A DNA stretch of 61,246 bases, from assembly GCA_036479435.1 (NCBI GenBank), contig JAZGFI010000145.1, positions 1-61,246 of the forward strand, written 5' to 3'. The stretch's first letter is position 1, and each line of letters opens with the position of its first letter. Below are positions 18,512 to 28,480 of the stretch, one piece after another. The translations under genes and the position numbers were made by a program. Source of the stretch: Planctomycetota bacterium (GTDB taxonomy: Bacteria > Planctomycetota > GCA-002687715 > DRQF01). The notes under the pieces are model-generated. The model made no database searches. It worked only from the letters and a program-made list of their open reading frames with translations, and was not told where the DNA came from.

Positions 18512-21500
18512 TTACTTTTTTTGGGGCCAGGTGCCTTGGATTTGGCGGGTGTTGAATTTTGATTGCCACTCGCGGGTGAGGGGCGACGCTGTGTCAGGCT
18601 GAGGCGGGTAGTTCTTCATGGCGTGGAAGGGCAGAGGTTTGACCGTCGCGGGGAAGGCCGTGTAGGCGTCCATGTCTTTGCACCAGCCGTCGGCCTTTAG
18701 GAAGAAGGTTCGTTTCCAGCCCTTGGCGAGGGTTGGCAGGCGCGATGCGTCGACTTCTAAGGCGATCTCGTCGCCGTGATTCATCACCACGTAGCGATCG
18801 TCTTGCTTGGCAATGAGCTCGCGCACATCGCCGAAGCGGGTGTAGTTGCCCGCAAGAGTCTTCCAGTCGAATGTGGGGGAGACCCGTTGGTAGTCGTAGA
18901 GCGTGGGATGCCGGCCGTCGGGTGAGTACTCGAGGGGGTAGCCGAGGAAACGCAGTTCAGCGCGATCAAAGGAGATTTGCGTGGTCGTCGTTTCTTGTGC
19001 GGCCACATCCCAGCCGAGGTAGATCCGGTCGATGTAGATTTCAAGATTCGAACGCAAGCGCATCTTGGCCAGAGACTCAAGCGTAAGGTCCGTGATGTCG
19101 AGCGCCATGGTGCGCGACATGCCTGCCGGATATCCAAACTCCTTGAGCGCCGTCTTCCATTTGTTGCCGTCGTGGACGTCGAGACTCAAGGACTCAGCGC
19201 GCACCTTGGCTTGCCATCCGGCAAAGTTGATGTGCGAGTAGGGGTACTCTACCCAGCCGTCGATGAACATGAACAAACGGCTGCTTTCATGCGGCCGATC
19301 GGCGAGGACGGCTTGGGCATCAAAACCGAAGGTCAGTCGGTTTTCTTCCGCAAGATAGCCGACGAAGCGCGCATCGCGGACGAGGCCGCTTTGATACACC
19401 CGGTCGCGCATTGATATCTGCCTAAGAGTGTCCGCGCCTTTGGCATCCCGCGCGTAGCGTGGTGCGTGGTCCTTGCGAAAGGCGAGGCTGCGTCCGTCGG
19501 GAAAGGGAGCGGCCGTCGCCAGTCTTTCATCGGCAAAGACACGGACGTCGGCAGGGTGGGCGACGGCGATCAATGCCAACTCGTCGAGGTAGCAGATCTC
19601 TTCCATCGGCTCGGATATCCGCAACATGAGCTTGCCGTCTTTGGCGGGCAAGTCACCGATACGGACCACTTCGGTCGGGTCCGGCGGTGCGTAGCCATTG
19701 GGGTCGATCAAGAAACCTAGTCCCCCGACGCCCAGAAAGTCGGTCACAAACTCAAACTCGTCTCCCTTCCCGGACCATTTGAAAAGAACCGGGCAGGAGG
19801 AAGCCTTGCGATTGACTTCGACGTATTGGTGGGTCTTGTCGGCTTCGAAGTCCCGCTCGTTCTGCAAGACAAAGTCGGACCAGATGGTTCGGATGTAGTC
19901 TGCGTCGGTTTCAGTTCCCAGCCCAACTTGCAAACGAGGCGGCAGCCCAGCCATGAATCCGTTGGCACTCATGCTGTCGTGGTAGACACGTTTGCTTCCC
20001 GCGGCGACCTCGACTTGCGTGCCGATTCCAAAGTAGTTGCTCCACATGGAGGCGGTGTCGTTGACGCTTTTGCCCCTAAGATCGAGCTTGAGCCAGTGGC
20101 CGAGGCCCTCGCTTTGGTTCAGCGCCATCAGCAGCCCGCCTCCTGACGTCGTCGCCAGCAAGTCCGGGCTACCGTTGTGGTCCAAGTCGAGCGCCAAAAC
20201 GCAGCGCAGATTCGGCGCCAAGCTGAGCGCAGAGCTTGCCGTGAACGCGCCGTCGCGAAAATCGCGGTGAATCTGGAGCTGAGCCAATTCCGTATCCCAG
20301 TGGATTAGGTCAGGGCTTCCGTTCAGATCGACATCGGCGGTGGAGAACAGGTGGTTGCGACCCAAATCTATCGCCGTTTTCGCTCGCAGTGCACCTTGAC
20401 GGGCTGATTCGGGATGTTCATTTTGGACGAACAAGGGGGCGGCGTTGGGGCCGCGCATCAGGATGAGGTCAAGGTCGCGATCTTGGTCAAAATCTTGCAC
20501 CAAGGCGGCGAGGGCCGGGCCGCTACCGCCGATCTTGAGTCCGAAAGGATTGGCGTGGTAACGCCATAGCCGGTCGTTGCTCAGCAAACGGTTGGGCGCG
20601 CCATCGTTGAACTCTAGAATATCGACGTCGCCGTCGCGATCCCAATCGAATACCAACAAGGCGGCGCTGCGTTTAGCGTCACCACCGAAACCAGCCTGCT
20701 CGGCGATATCGGTGAAACTTCCCTCACCGTCGCTATCGTCTTGATAGATCGTCGGGCGGTTGTTGTTGAACAAGTGATTGGGTGCACCCGCGAAGTCGCC
20801 AGGGAACTGCATGGCGTTTTTGGCGAGGGTTCCGACGGCAGGCAGTGGACAAAAACCGGCACTCAAGATGTCGAGGTCGCCGTCGTGATCCGCGTCCACA
20901 ATCTGGGCAAAAAGAGTTAGGGTATCGCCGCCTCCGAGGCTTGTGTCGAGACGAAACTTGCCCTTGTCATTCATAAAGAGCAGGTCGGGCCCCGCACCGT
21001 AGACAAAAAGGTCAGGGTCGCCGTCATGGTCGACATCGCCGAAAACCCCGCTGACCGCAATGAAGTCGCTATCTTTCGGTCGGAGCAGTCCCACTTCGTC
21101 CGTGATGTCTTCAACGCCGCCATTTTTGAAGCGAAAGAGGCGCCCCGCTCCCTCACCGGTCGCCTGGTAGATCTCAACCGTGCCGTCGCCTTCAAGGTCG
21201 TGAATAGCCATTCCTCCGGCGAGACCTCGGGCTACTTCTTCCAGCAAAAACTTACGAAGATCCGTTCCGGCGGCTGCGCGCCGGCCCCAGGGAAATACCG
21301 GCGCCGCTTTGGCGCCGACGAGCTCGGTGGGGGGCGCGAATCTCAAAGCCGCAAGCGCCGGTCGTGCTGCCTTTTCTACCTTGGCATCGCCGAAAGGAGT
21401 GAGCACGCGAATCGCGGACGCATAGCGACCCATGAAGTTGTAAAAGAGGCTGAGCTTTTTGCCGACTTCGGGTTCAGAGCCGCTATAGAGCTTGAAGATA

Positions 21501-22147
21501 TCACCGGCGATCTTCGCGTTCTTCGCGTCTTTTGCGCGGCGAAATTCCTTCGAGATCCCGTACCAGGCGCTGGCAAAGTGTGGCTCGTAGGCCACTGCCT
21601 CTTGCAGCAGATCAAGCGCCTCTTGTCGTTGCGGGGTTTCCAGCTTCAGCTTGGATTGCCCCAGTCGGTAAAGGACATCGGGATCTTTCGGCCTCAGGTC
21701 ATGGGCATCTTTGAAGCAGTCGTGAACTAAGGCGGCATCTTCTCCGATGTAATCTAAAAGAACCCCAAGGACGTAGGGGATGTGCGGAAGATCTTGCCGC
21801 AGGGGCTGGCACTCTTCGAGGATCTGACGGCAGCGAGCGTAGTCGGCTTCGATGCGTCGTGGCAGCTTCTCGGTCGTGTTGAGGAGAGCTATCGCCAAGT
21901 TGACCCGTCCCTCGACGGCATCTGGAGCTTGTTTGACTAGGCGTTCAAAGACCTCGCGGGCCGCTCCGGTTTTTCCCATGTCCATGAGGGCTAGCCCCTC
22001 GTTGTTGAGCGCGCTCGCTTCTTCCCAATTCAAAAGCGGCAGCTTTGGTTCCGGGTCACTATAGTCGGAACAGGCCATAGCGAATGACAAAGAAAGAGCG
22101 AGGACGCCGTGGCGGAGGAAGCGGGATCTCGACAGCTGGTCAAACAT
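18512..22147 (-). CDS. TPR + FG-GAP/VCBS + ASPIC/UnbV (CRTAC1-like) lipoprotein
   Basis: Lipobox AMAC, N-terminal TPR helices, repeated D.D.DGD.D FG-GAP motifs, GHWLKLDLRG..N..GIG.QVEV (UnbV), then SSCPVLFKW and E..YLD C-terminal domain. Confidence 0.88.
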   Translation of the reverse strand: MFDQLSRSRFLRHGVLALSLSFAMACSDYSDPEPKLPLLNWEEASALNNEGLALMDMGKTGAAREVFERLVKQAPDAVEGRVNLAIALLNTTEKLPRRIEADYARCRQILEECQPLRQDLPHIPYVLGVLLDYIGEDAALVHDCFKDAHDLRPKDPDVLYRLGQSKLKLETPQRQEALDLLQEAVAYEPHFASAWYGISKEFRRAKDAKNAKIAGDIFKLYSGSEPEVGKKLSLFYNFMGRYASAIRVLTPFGDAKVEKAARPALAALRFAPPTELVGAKAAPVFPWGRRAAAGTDLRKFLLEEVARGLAGGMAIHDLEGDGTVEIYQATGEGAGRLFRFKNGGVEDITDEVGLLRPKDSDFIAVSGVFGDVDHDGDPDLFVYGAGPDLLFMNDKGKFRLDTSLGGGDTLTLFAQIVDADHDGDLDILSAGFCPLPAVGTLAKNAMQFPGDFAGAPNHLFNNNRPTIYQDDSDGEGSFTDIAEQAGFGGDAKRSAALLVFDWDRDGDVDILEFNDGAPNRLLSNDRLWRYHANPFGLKIGGSGPALAALVQDFDQDRDLDLILMRGPNAAPLFVQNEHPESARQGALRAKTAIDLGRNHLFSTADVDLNGSPDLIHWDTELAQLQIHRDFRDGAFTASSALSLAPNLRCVLALDLDHNGSPDLLATTSGGGLLMALNQSEGLGHWLKLDLRGKSVNDTASMWSNYFGIGTQVEVAAGSKRVYHDSMSANGFMAGLPPRLQVGLGTETDADYIRTIWSDFVLQNERDFEADKTHQYVEVNRKASSCPVLFKWSGKGDEFEFVTDFLGVGGLGFLIDPNGYAPPDPTEVVRIGDLPAKDGKLMLRISEPMEEICYLDELALIAVAHPADVRVFADERLATAAPFPDGRSLAFRKDHAPRYARDAKGADTLRQISMRDRVYQSGLVRDARFVGYLAEENRLTFGFDAQAVLADRPHESSRLFMFIDGWVEYPYSHINFAGWQAKVRAESLSLDVHDGNKWKTALKEFGYPAGMSRTMALDITDLTLESLAKMRLRSNLEIYIDRIYLGWDVAAQETTTTQISFDRAELRFLGYPLEYSPDGRHPTLYDYQRVSPTFDWKTLAGNYTRFGDVRELIAKQDDRYVVMNHGDEIALEVDASRLPTLAKGWKRTFFLKADGWCKDMDAYTAFPATVKPLPFHAMKNYPPQPDTASPLTREWQSKFNTRQIQGTWPQKK

Positions 22148-23165
22148 CGTTCTCTCCAAAGGTGCAGAATCCGATTCGCTTCTTGGTCTCGCGAATGCTT
22201 TTCGAAAAACCGTCTGGAGTGCGCTCGCCGACTTTTGGCTGCGGCGGAAAGACCCTCGTCTTTGAGCGCTGGTAGAGTTCGCTGCGAAGATGGGCGGTCA
22301 TGGCATGGCCTTCCCGGCGCTTGCGCTCCCGCCGCAAGGCAGTGACGTCGACGGGGGCAACAACGATGCGCTCGCCGGGGCCGGGACTCGCTTGCGCAAG
22401 GATCCGACCATCGTAGTCGACGACCATGCTGCCGCCCGGCCAAGAAAAGGGCGGATAGTGAGTCAGCTGCGCCCCTTGATTGCAAGCGACCACGTAGGCC
22501 TGGTTTTCGATCGCACGCGTACGGTTGATCAAAGTCCACCAGTCCATCGGTTCAGTGCTGCCCCAAGGGTCCATGTAAGCCGAAATACGGATCATCACTT
22601 CGCATCCGCGCAGCGCGAGCTCGCGGGTGACCTCGGGGAATAGCCAGTCGTAGCAAGTCGCCACGCCCAAACGCCCGATCTCGGTGTCGACGACGGGAAA
22701 GGGGTCTTCGTCATAGCCTTCCAAGTCGTGCGGACTTGCGTGGACTTCCCAGGGAATCCAGGGGTTGGTTTTCCGGTAGCGCGACAAACGTTCGCCCTGT
22801 GGGGAGATCAGCAAAGTTGTGTTGAAGACCGCATCCGGCCAGCGCGGGTCAACTTCTAAAAAACTTCCCGTCTGGAGGAAACAGCCGAGTTTCTTGGCCT
22901 GCGCTGAGAGCCGCTCGATGTGCTCATTCTCGGCCGGTAAGGCCAGTTTTTCGGCCAACTCTTCCGATGTCGCATAAACCGGAGCTGCGTGCGCAAACTC
23001 GGGAAAAACCACCAGCCTCACGTCGTGAAATGGGCGATAGCCGCTGACCGCTTGCTCCATCATCGCGAGCATGCGATCGGTGTTCCTTCGCATTTCAGAC
23101 CGGTTGAGGGGGTTGGGCTGGTCAACTTGGCAGCAGGCGGCGTAAAAAGCAGTTTCGCTCGTCAT
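22140..23165 (-). CDS. Nitrilase-related carbon-nitrogen hydrolase
   Basis: Catalytic triad motifs VFPEF, YRK and TCYDWLFPE; RAIENQAYVV; GGSMVVD. Confidence 0.9.
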   Translation of the reverse strand: MTSETAFYAACCQVDQPNPLNRSEMRRNTDRMLAMMEQAVSGYRPFHDVRLVVFPEFAHAAPVYATSEELAEKLALPAENEHIERLSAQAKKLGCFLQTGSFLEVDPRWPDAVFNTTLLISPQGERLSRYRKTNPWIPWEVHASPHDLEGYDEDPFPVVDTEIGRLGVATCYDWLFPEVTRELALRGCEVMIRISAYMDPWGSTEPMDWWTLINRTRAIENQAYVVACNQGAQLTHYPPFSWPGGSMVVDYDGRILAQASPGPGERIVVAPVDVTALRRERKRREGHAMTAHLRSELYQRSKTRVFPPQPKVGERTPDGFSKSIRETKKRIGFCTFGENDV

Positions 23166-23331
23166 GGAATGGTCCTATCCGGCAGCTAATGCGGCGTCAA
23201 CAATCTCTGCGTCCAATATGTGCCTCGGCGTCAATCTGCTCGACGAAAATCTCTCTCTGCCGAGATTGTGTCTCCGGTCGGCATCTTCCCCTTGATAAAA
23301 CAAGGTCTACGAATGCTAGAAGGAATCCGTC

Positions 23332-24954
23332 ATGGCCAAATATCGAACTCCAGATCCCATCAACGAACCCGTCAAAATCTATGCCCCTGGCAGCCCAGAG
23401 CGGGCGTCATTGATGACGCGATTGGCGGCGATGCAGGAAGAAGACCTCGAGATTCCCCTGAGAATCGGTGGCCTTGACGTCACCACCGGCAAGCTTGGTC
23501 AAGTCCGGCCTCCGCACAACCACCGGTCGGTGGTGGCAACTTTCCATCAAGGAGGCGCCGCCGAGGTTGAAAAAGCCGTCGCCGCCGCCCAAGCCGCCGC
23601 CCCGGCTTGGCGAAAACTGGCCTGGCAGGATCGCGCCGCTATTTTCTTGAAAGCCGCGGACCTTCTGGCTGGCCCCTGGCGCGACACCGTGAACGCGGCG
23701 ACGATGATCGGCCAAAGCAAAAACTGCATGCAAGCCGAGATCGATGCCGCTTGTGAGCTGATCGACTTTCTGCGATTCAACGCTCGCTATGCCCAAGAAA
23801 TCTACGAAGAACAGCCTCGGTCCAGTGCGGGCTGTTGGAATCGTCTCGAAGCTCGTGCGCTCGAGGGATTCGTCTTCGCCGTGACCCCCTTCAACTTCAC
23901 TGCGATTGCCGGCAACCTCTCGTCGGCTCCGGCGATCATGGGCAACACGGTGATCTGGAAGCCCGCTTCGACGGCGCTGCTCTCCGGTTGGTACGTGATG
24001 AAGCTCTTTGAAGCGGCGGGCCTACCACCCGGAGTCATCAACATGGTGACCGGAGGCGGCGCGGCCATCGGAACGCCAGCGATTGCTCATCCCAGTTTGG
24101 CCGGTGTTCACTTCACCGGTTCGACTCGTGTTTTCAACGGGATGTGGGCCGAGATCGGCGGCAACGTCGGGCGTTACAAGACCTACCCGCGCATCGTCGG
24201 AGAAACGGGCGGCAAGGACTTTATTTTCGCCCACCCCAGCGCCGACCGCCAGGCCTTGGCGACCGCTTTGTTGCGGGGTGCTTTTGAGTACCAAGGTCAG
24301 AAATGTTCGGCCGCCAGTCGCGCCTATGTTCCCAAGTCAATGTGGCCCGATGTCAAAGATCGCGTTGCTGCGATGCTCGAACGGGTCAAGGTCGGCCCGG
24401 TCGATGACTTTTCGAACTTCGTCAATGCGGTTATCGACGAGAAGTCCTTCGACAACATTTCGCGCTATATCGACGGTGCCAAGAAGAACTCGTCTTGTAA
24501 GATTGTCGCCGGCGGCGAATCGGACAAAAGCGAGGGATGGTTCGTTCAGCCGACGATTATCGAAACCAGCGACCCCCACGCCGAGAGCATGTGCGAGGAG
24601 ATCTTCGGGCCCGTGCTGACGGTTTATCCCTACGATGACGACAAGTTCGAAGACACCCTGGATCTTTGTGACCGCACCTCGCCCTATGCCCTTACGGGGG
24701 CCGTGTTCGCGCAAGATCGCTATGCAGTTGAACTCGCAAGCGAACGCTTGGTGCATGCAGCTGGCAACTTCTACATCAACGATAAGCCCTCAGGGGCGGT
24801 GGTCGGCCAGCAGCCTTTCGGCGGCAGTCGTGCTTCGGGAACCAATGACAAAGCGGGCAGCAAGCTCAACTTGCTGCGTTGGGTAAGCCCTCGCACCATC
24901 AAAGAGACTTTTGTGCCCGCGACGGACTTCTCCTATCCCTTTTTGGGAGAGTAG
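23332..24954 (+). CDS. pruA: L-glutamate gamma-semialdehyde (1-pyrroline-5-carboxylate) dehydrogenase
   Basis: NEPV..YAPGSPER, EIDAACELIDFLRFN, PFNFTAI, FTGS, GETGGKDF, FEYQGQKCSA, GQQPFGGSRASGTNDKAGS. Confidence 0.95.
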   Translation: MAKYRTPDPINEPVKIYAPGSPERASLMTRLAAMQEEDLEIPLRIGGLDVTTGKLGQVRPPHNHRSVVATFHQGGAAEVEKAVAAAQAAAPAWRKLAWQDRAAIFLKAADLLAGPWRDTVNAATMIGQSKNCMQAEIDAACELIDFLRFNARYAQEIYEEQPRSSAGCWNRLEARALEGFVFAVTPFNFTAIAGNLSSAPAIMGNTVIWKPASTALLSGWYVMKLFEAAGLPPGVINMVTGGGAAIGTPAIAHPSLAGVHFTGSTRVFNGMWAEIGGNVGRYKTYPRIVGETGGKDFIFAHPSADRQALATALLRGAFEYQGQKCSAASRAYVPKSMWPDVKDRVAAMLERVKVGPVDDFSNFVNAVIDEKSFDNISRYIDGAKKNSSCKIVAGGESDKSEGWFVQPTIIETSDPHAESMCEEIFGPVLTVYPYDDDKFEDTLDLCDRTSPYALTGAVFAQDRYAVELASERLVHAAGNFYINDKPSGAVVGQQPFGGSRASGTNDKAGSKLNLLRWVSPRTIKETFVPATDFSYPFLGE

Positions 24955-25022
24955 GCGACGCTCGGTCTAGGCGAAGCTTCGACAGTAAAGACAATGACTC
25001 GTACTCGAACTTGAGAGAGCAG

Positions 25023-25934
25023 ATGCACGAAACGATCGAATTGCACGGAATCCCTATGGATCTCGGTGCCAACCTTCGCGGTGTTGACATGGGGCCGACT
25101 GCCTTGCGGATTGCGGGCTTGGAACGTGCACTGGAGGCGATTGGTTACACCGTCATTGATCGTGACGAGGTCTCCATCCCAAGCCGCGCTCAATTGCCGC
25201 GCGCCGGCGGTTCCGCCAAGTACCTCGACGAGATCGTCGTCGCTTGCGAGCGTCTTTGCGTCGTGGCGCAAGACGCGATGGAGCGCAAGGTCATCCCGAT
25301 CTTCATGGGCGGCGATCATTCCCTTGCCGTCGGCACCATCTCGGGCGTGTCCTCGTATTTTCGTGAGCGAAAAGAGAAACTCGGCGTCATCTGGTTCGAC
25401 GCTCACGCTGACATGAATACTCCCGACTCCTCGCCTTCGGGAAACGTACACGGCATGCCATTGGCAGCCCTGCTCGGAATCGGGCCCAGCACTTTGTGTG
25501 AGATCGGCGGTTTTCGTGAGAAATTCGCGGTGGAGAATACTGTGGTCGTTGGTGCTCGCGATGTAGACGAAAACGAACGCAAGCTCGTCGCCAAGTCGGG
25601 CGTCAAGGTGTTTTCGATGAAGGAAATCGATCAGCTCGGGATGGCCGAGGTCACTCGCCGTTCACTTGAGATCGCGGGTAAGGGTACATCCCGAATCCAC
25701 CTTTCATTCGACATCGACGGCCTTGACCCCTCGGTGGCACCGGGAGTAGGGACTCCGGTGCGCGGCGGTATTAACTTCCGTGAGGCTCATCTGTTCATGG
25801 AGCTCCTGGCGGACTCGGGCAAGATATGCTCTTTGGACGTCGTTGAATTGAATCCGGTGCGCGACGACAAAAATTGCACGGCGGAAGCGGTGATCCATCT
25901 TTTGCAAAGCCTGTTTGGTCGCTCGATTCTCTAA
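25023..25934 (+). CDS. rocF: Arginase
   Basis: GVDMGP.ALR, GGDHS, DAHADMNTP..SPSGNVHGMP, SFDIDGLDP..APGVGTPV.GG, VELNP. Confidence 0.93.
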   Translation: MHETIELHGIPMDLGANLRGVDMGPTALRIAGLERALEAIGYTVIDRDEVSIPSRAQLPRAGGSAKYLDEIVVACERLCVVAQDAMERKVIPIFMGGDHSLAVGTISGVSSYFRERKEKLGVIWFDAHADMNTPDSSPSGNVHGMPLAALLGIGPSTLCEIGGFREKFAVENTVVVGARDVDENERKLVAKSGVKVFSMKEIDQLGMAEVTRRSLEIAGKGTSRIHLSFDIDGLDPSVAPGVGTPVRGGINFREAHLFMELLADSGKICSLDVVELNPVRDDKNCTAEAVIHLLQSLFGRSIL

Positions 25935-26017
25935 GAACCCTGGGTTTTCTTGCGGTCATCAAGTCCCAGCTGATCTAATTCCGATGCGAGTTGGATCGGA
26001 TCGGGATAGGAGTTGTG

Positions 26018-26809
26018 ATGGCAATCGAGCTACTTCAATCAGCGGGCTTACTGCAGGCGGTGCCCGCGACCGCCTTTCCGGCCGAGCCGAAGGCTGATGA
26101 TGATGATGCGGCGCCAGATCTACTGGGTCGTGTACGTGGCGACCGCGTCGAGATCTCGCCGGAGGCCCAAGCACTCTTCGGGCGCGATACCTCGGACGGA
26201 CTCCAATCGGACGATTCCGGTGGCGATGAAGACGCCGCCGCCCTCGGCGATGAGAGCGACCCTGCCGCCGCCGTTTCGGCAGACTCAGATGTGCAATTAA
26301 ATGACGACGAAAAGCGCCAAGTCGAAGAATTGAAGCAACGCGACGCCGAAGTGCGAGCGCACGAGCAGGCACACCTTTCCGCTTTGGGTGGGGAGGGTGG
26401 TGCCGCAAATTATGAGTACACGACGGGGCCCGATGGTCGGCGCTACGCGACCGGCGGGGAAGTGCCAGTCAGTATCGGTGAAGCTCCGAGCGGCAACCCC
26501 CGCGAGACGATCGCTTCGGCTCAGCGGGTTGCGCGAGCCGCTGTCGCTCCGGCGCAACCCTCAGGAGCGGACTTGAGCGCCCGCGCCCGCGCGCTGCAGG
26601 TCGAACGAGAAGCACGGGCGCAACTCCGCGAACAGCAAGAAGAAGCGGCGGAAGAGGCCACCGGAGCGACGGATGAGACTGAGGGAGGAGACGCGGCCGA
26701 CCGTGCCGATCGGGGTGACGAAGCCCAGCCCGCCGAGGCGAAACCCGTTGACAACTCCAAAGTGGCAAATCCCGAACCAATCGACCTGAGTGCCTTCCTT
26801 AAGGCCTAA
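26018..26809 (+). CDS. SprA-related family protein (putative HExxH metalloprotein)
   Basis: DRVEISPEA, LKQRDAEVRAHEQAH, YEYTTGPDGRRYATGGEV, AA.APAQPSGAD. AGGAG RBS upstream of ATG 26018. Confidence 0.8.
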   Translation: MAIELLQSAGLLQAVPATAFPAEPKADDDDAAPDLLGRVRGDRVEISPEAQALFGRDTSDGLQSDDSGGDEDAAALGDESDPAAAVSADSDVQLNDDEKRQVEELKQRDAEVRAHEQAHLSALGGEGGAANYEYTTGPDGRRYATGGEVPVSIGEAPSGNPRETIASAQRVARAAVAPAQPSGADLSARARALQVEREARAQLREQQEEAAEEATGATDETEGGDAADRADRGDEAQPAEAKPVDNSKVANPEPIDLSAFLKA

Positions 26810-27681
26810 GGCCTAATCACGACCTTGCTGATCCCCTGCGGCGGATCAACAAGGCGAAACACGAAGCTGCTCGCCTCCCAAGCTGGCGGAATCCTGATCT
26901 GATCCAGCCTCAAGAGGCGATCTTCGGCGTCGAAGAACTGAACTTGGAAGCGCCCTTCGAAAGTAGCGCCTAACTTCCACCACCGGGTGGCGTCGTCAGC
27001 TTCAGCGGCAGCCGCACGCATGGTTTCATACTGCTTCAGTCGAGTGGGGCAAGCCTCGAGTCGCGTGAAGACCAGCGATGGGATTTGGCCCGACCCTTCC
27101 CAGCGCACCTCGACAAAAGGCGCGAGAGACTTCGACTCGACGAGCAAGTCTTGGGGGTGGCCGATTCCAACCGTCCCCAATATCTGGTTTGCTCCCCACC
27201 AGACTCCAGCCGCAACGACAAGCAGCACTCCTATCGTGGCCGCGATTCTCCACGCGGGCTGAGTAAAACGTTCAGCCGGTTGCTCGGCGATTTCCTTGCG
27301 TTTGGCCTGCACGACGACTTTGCCAGAAGCATCGAGTCCATAGACGGCTTCGACTAGCGAGTTAGAGCTGGTCCGCCGGCTGCGCAGAGTCGAGAACGCC
27401 GACCCCCGAAAGCTTGTCGGCAAGACGCTCATGAATCCATCAAGCGCGTGTTGGATGCGCTCTTCAGGAGCATTCGAATCCTCTTCCCCTACCCAAACCG
27501 CCGCTTCGCTTGGGAGCAAAGAAAAATCGCTATCGTCGAGTTTCAGGTCAAACGAAACTCCCTTTGGCCACGCGGCTTCGCTTAAGGCGACGCGGAGGGC
27601 TCGGTGGAGAGAATCGTCGCGAGGGCAGGGCCCCTCAACGAGGCCTTCGAGGCTCAAGTAGCCCTTGGTGGGTGGCTTCAC
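26806..27681 (-). CDS. Hypothetical single-pass membrane protein
   Basis: 291-aa ORF co-oriented with and 6 bp from the upstream gene, with one TM helix (IAATIGVLLVVAAGVWWG). Confidence 0.6.
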   Translation of the reverse strand: MKPPTKGYLSLEGLVEGPCPRDDSLHRALRVALSEAAWPKGVSFDLKLDDSDFSLLPSEAAVWVGEEDSNAPEERIQHALDGFMSVLPTSFRGSAFSTLRSRRTSSNSLVEAVYGLDASGKVVVQAKRKEIAEQPAERFTQPAWRIAATIGVLLVVAAGVWWGANQILGTVGIGHPQDLLVESKSLAPFVEVRWEGSGQIPSLVFTRLEACPTRLKQYETMRAAAAEADDATRWWKLGATFEGRFQVQFFDAEDRLLRLDQIRIPPAWEASSFVFRLVDPPQGISKVVIRP

Positions 27682-27687
27682 GATGGA

Positions 27688-28239
27688 CTAGCCTTGGTCG
27701 AGGGTGTCGAAGGGAGTCCAATCGCTCATGCCTTCACGCCACACCAAAGTCGTACCAGCGATCGCGCCACTGTTACGCAGTGCCTGCAACGAAGAAGGGC
27801 TTACGGGCCCCGCTCGATGGCCTTGGTCTTCGTAGTACCAGACCGGTTCTTCGCCTTTTATGGGCAAGGCCTCCGCGACGTTGAGTGGCGTCTTGATAGA
27901 GCGGGTGTCGACACCCAGGGCCTGATCGTGGTAGTCGATCCGCCCGAGGACCGACGATTGGAAGTCGCGGTTTTTGAGCTGTTCTTGCTTCAGCCTCTCC
28001 TTCAGCCGTCGCTGCTCGCGATTCGTGTCTTCGATTTCATCTGAAGTATCGGCGACATCGGGCATGAAGAGCAACACGATGAGTCCAATACAAGTGGTCA
28101 AGCCGCCGATAAGTCCCCAGAGCCAGAAAGAGCGCCCCCTGGAGGCCGCCACGGCACCCGTGATGACCGCCATGGTGATGCTGAGGCTCACGCTTTGGTT
28201 GCCGATTGAGATATTGGTCAAGAACAGGTCCGGCGTCAT
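27688..28239 (-). CDS. Membrane protein with coiled coil and C-terminal GYF_2 (DUF4339) domain
   Basis: A.SRGRSFWLWGL TM pair, coiled coil, WYY...G...GPVS...L......G.I...TLVWREGMSDW.P. Confidence 0.82.
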   Translation of the reverse strand: MTPDLFLTNISIGNQSVSLSITMAVITGAVAASRGRSFWLWGLIGGLTTCIGLIVLLFMPDVADTSDEIEDTNREQRRLKERLKQEQLKNRDFQSSVLGRIDYHDQALGVDTRSIKTPLNVAEALPIKGEEPVWYYEDQGHRAGPVSPSSLQALRNSGAIAGTTLVWREGMSDWTPFDTLDQG

Positions 28240-28480
28240 GGGCTGCTTCCTCTCCGATCTACCTTTGCCCTCGGTCTTGTTGGCTAGGGCGGGTGCGTCC
28301 AAGTCTATGAAGTGGACAGGGACCGCCGCCAGGGCTTAGCCCAGGGCTGGAATAGTCGGCATTCGGTCCGTTGCTGAGTTATTTCCCAAGCTTGGCCATC
28401 ATTCACAACTAGCTACCCCAGCGTTTGTTAGATTTTTGACCTTGCCTTTTTGGCCCTCGTAGTATGCAGCGAGTTTCGTC

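Noticed and set aside
25959..25987. Sigma28-like promoter (TCAAG...TCCGATGC) before the SprA-related gene
   Set aside because: The spacer is 17 nt rather than about 15, and the -10 element has several mismatches.
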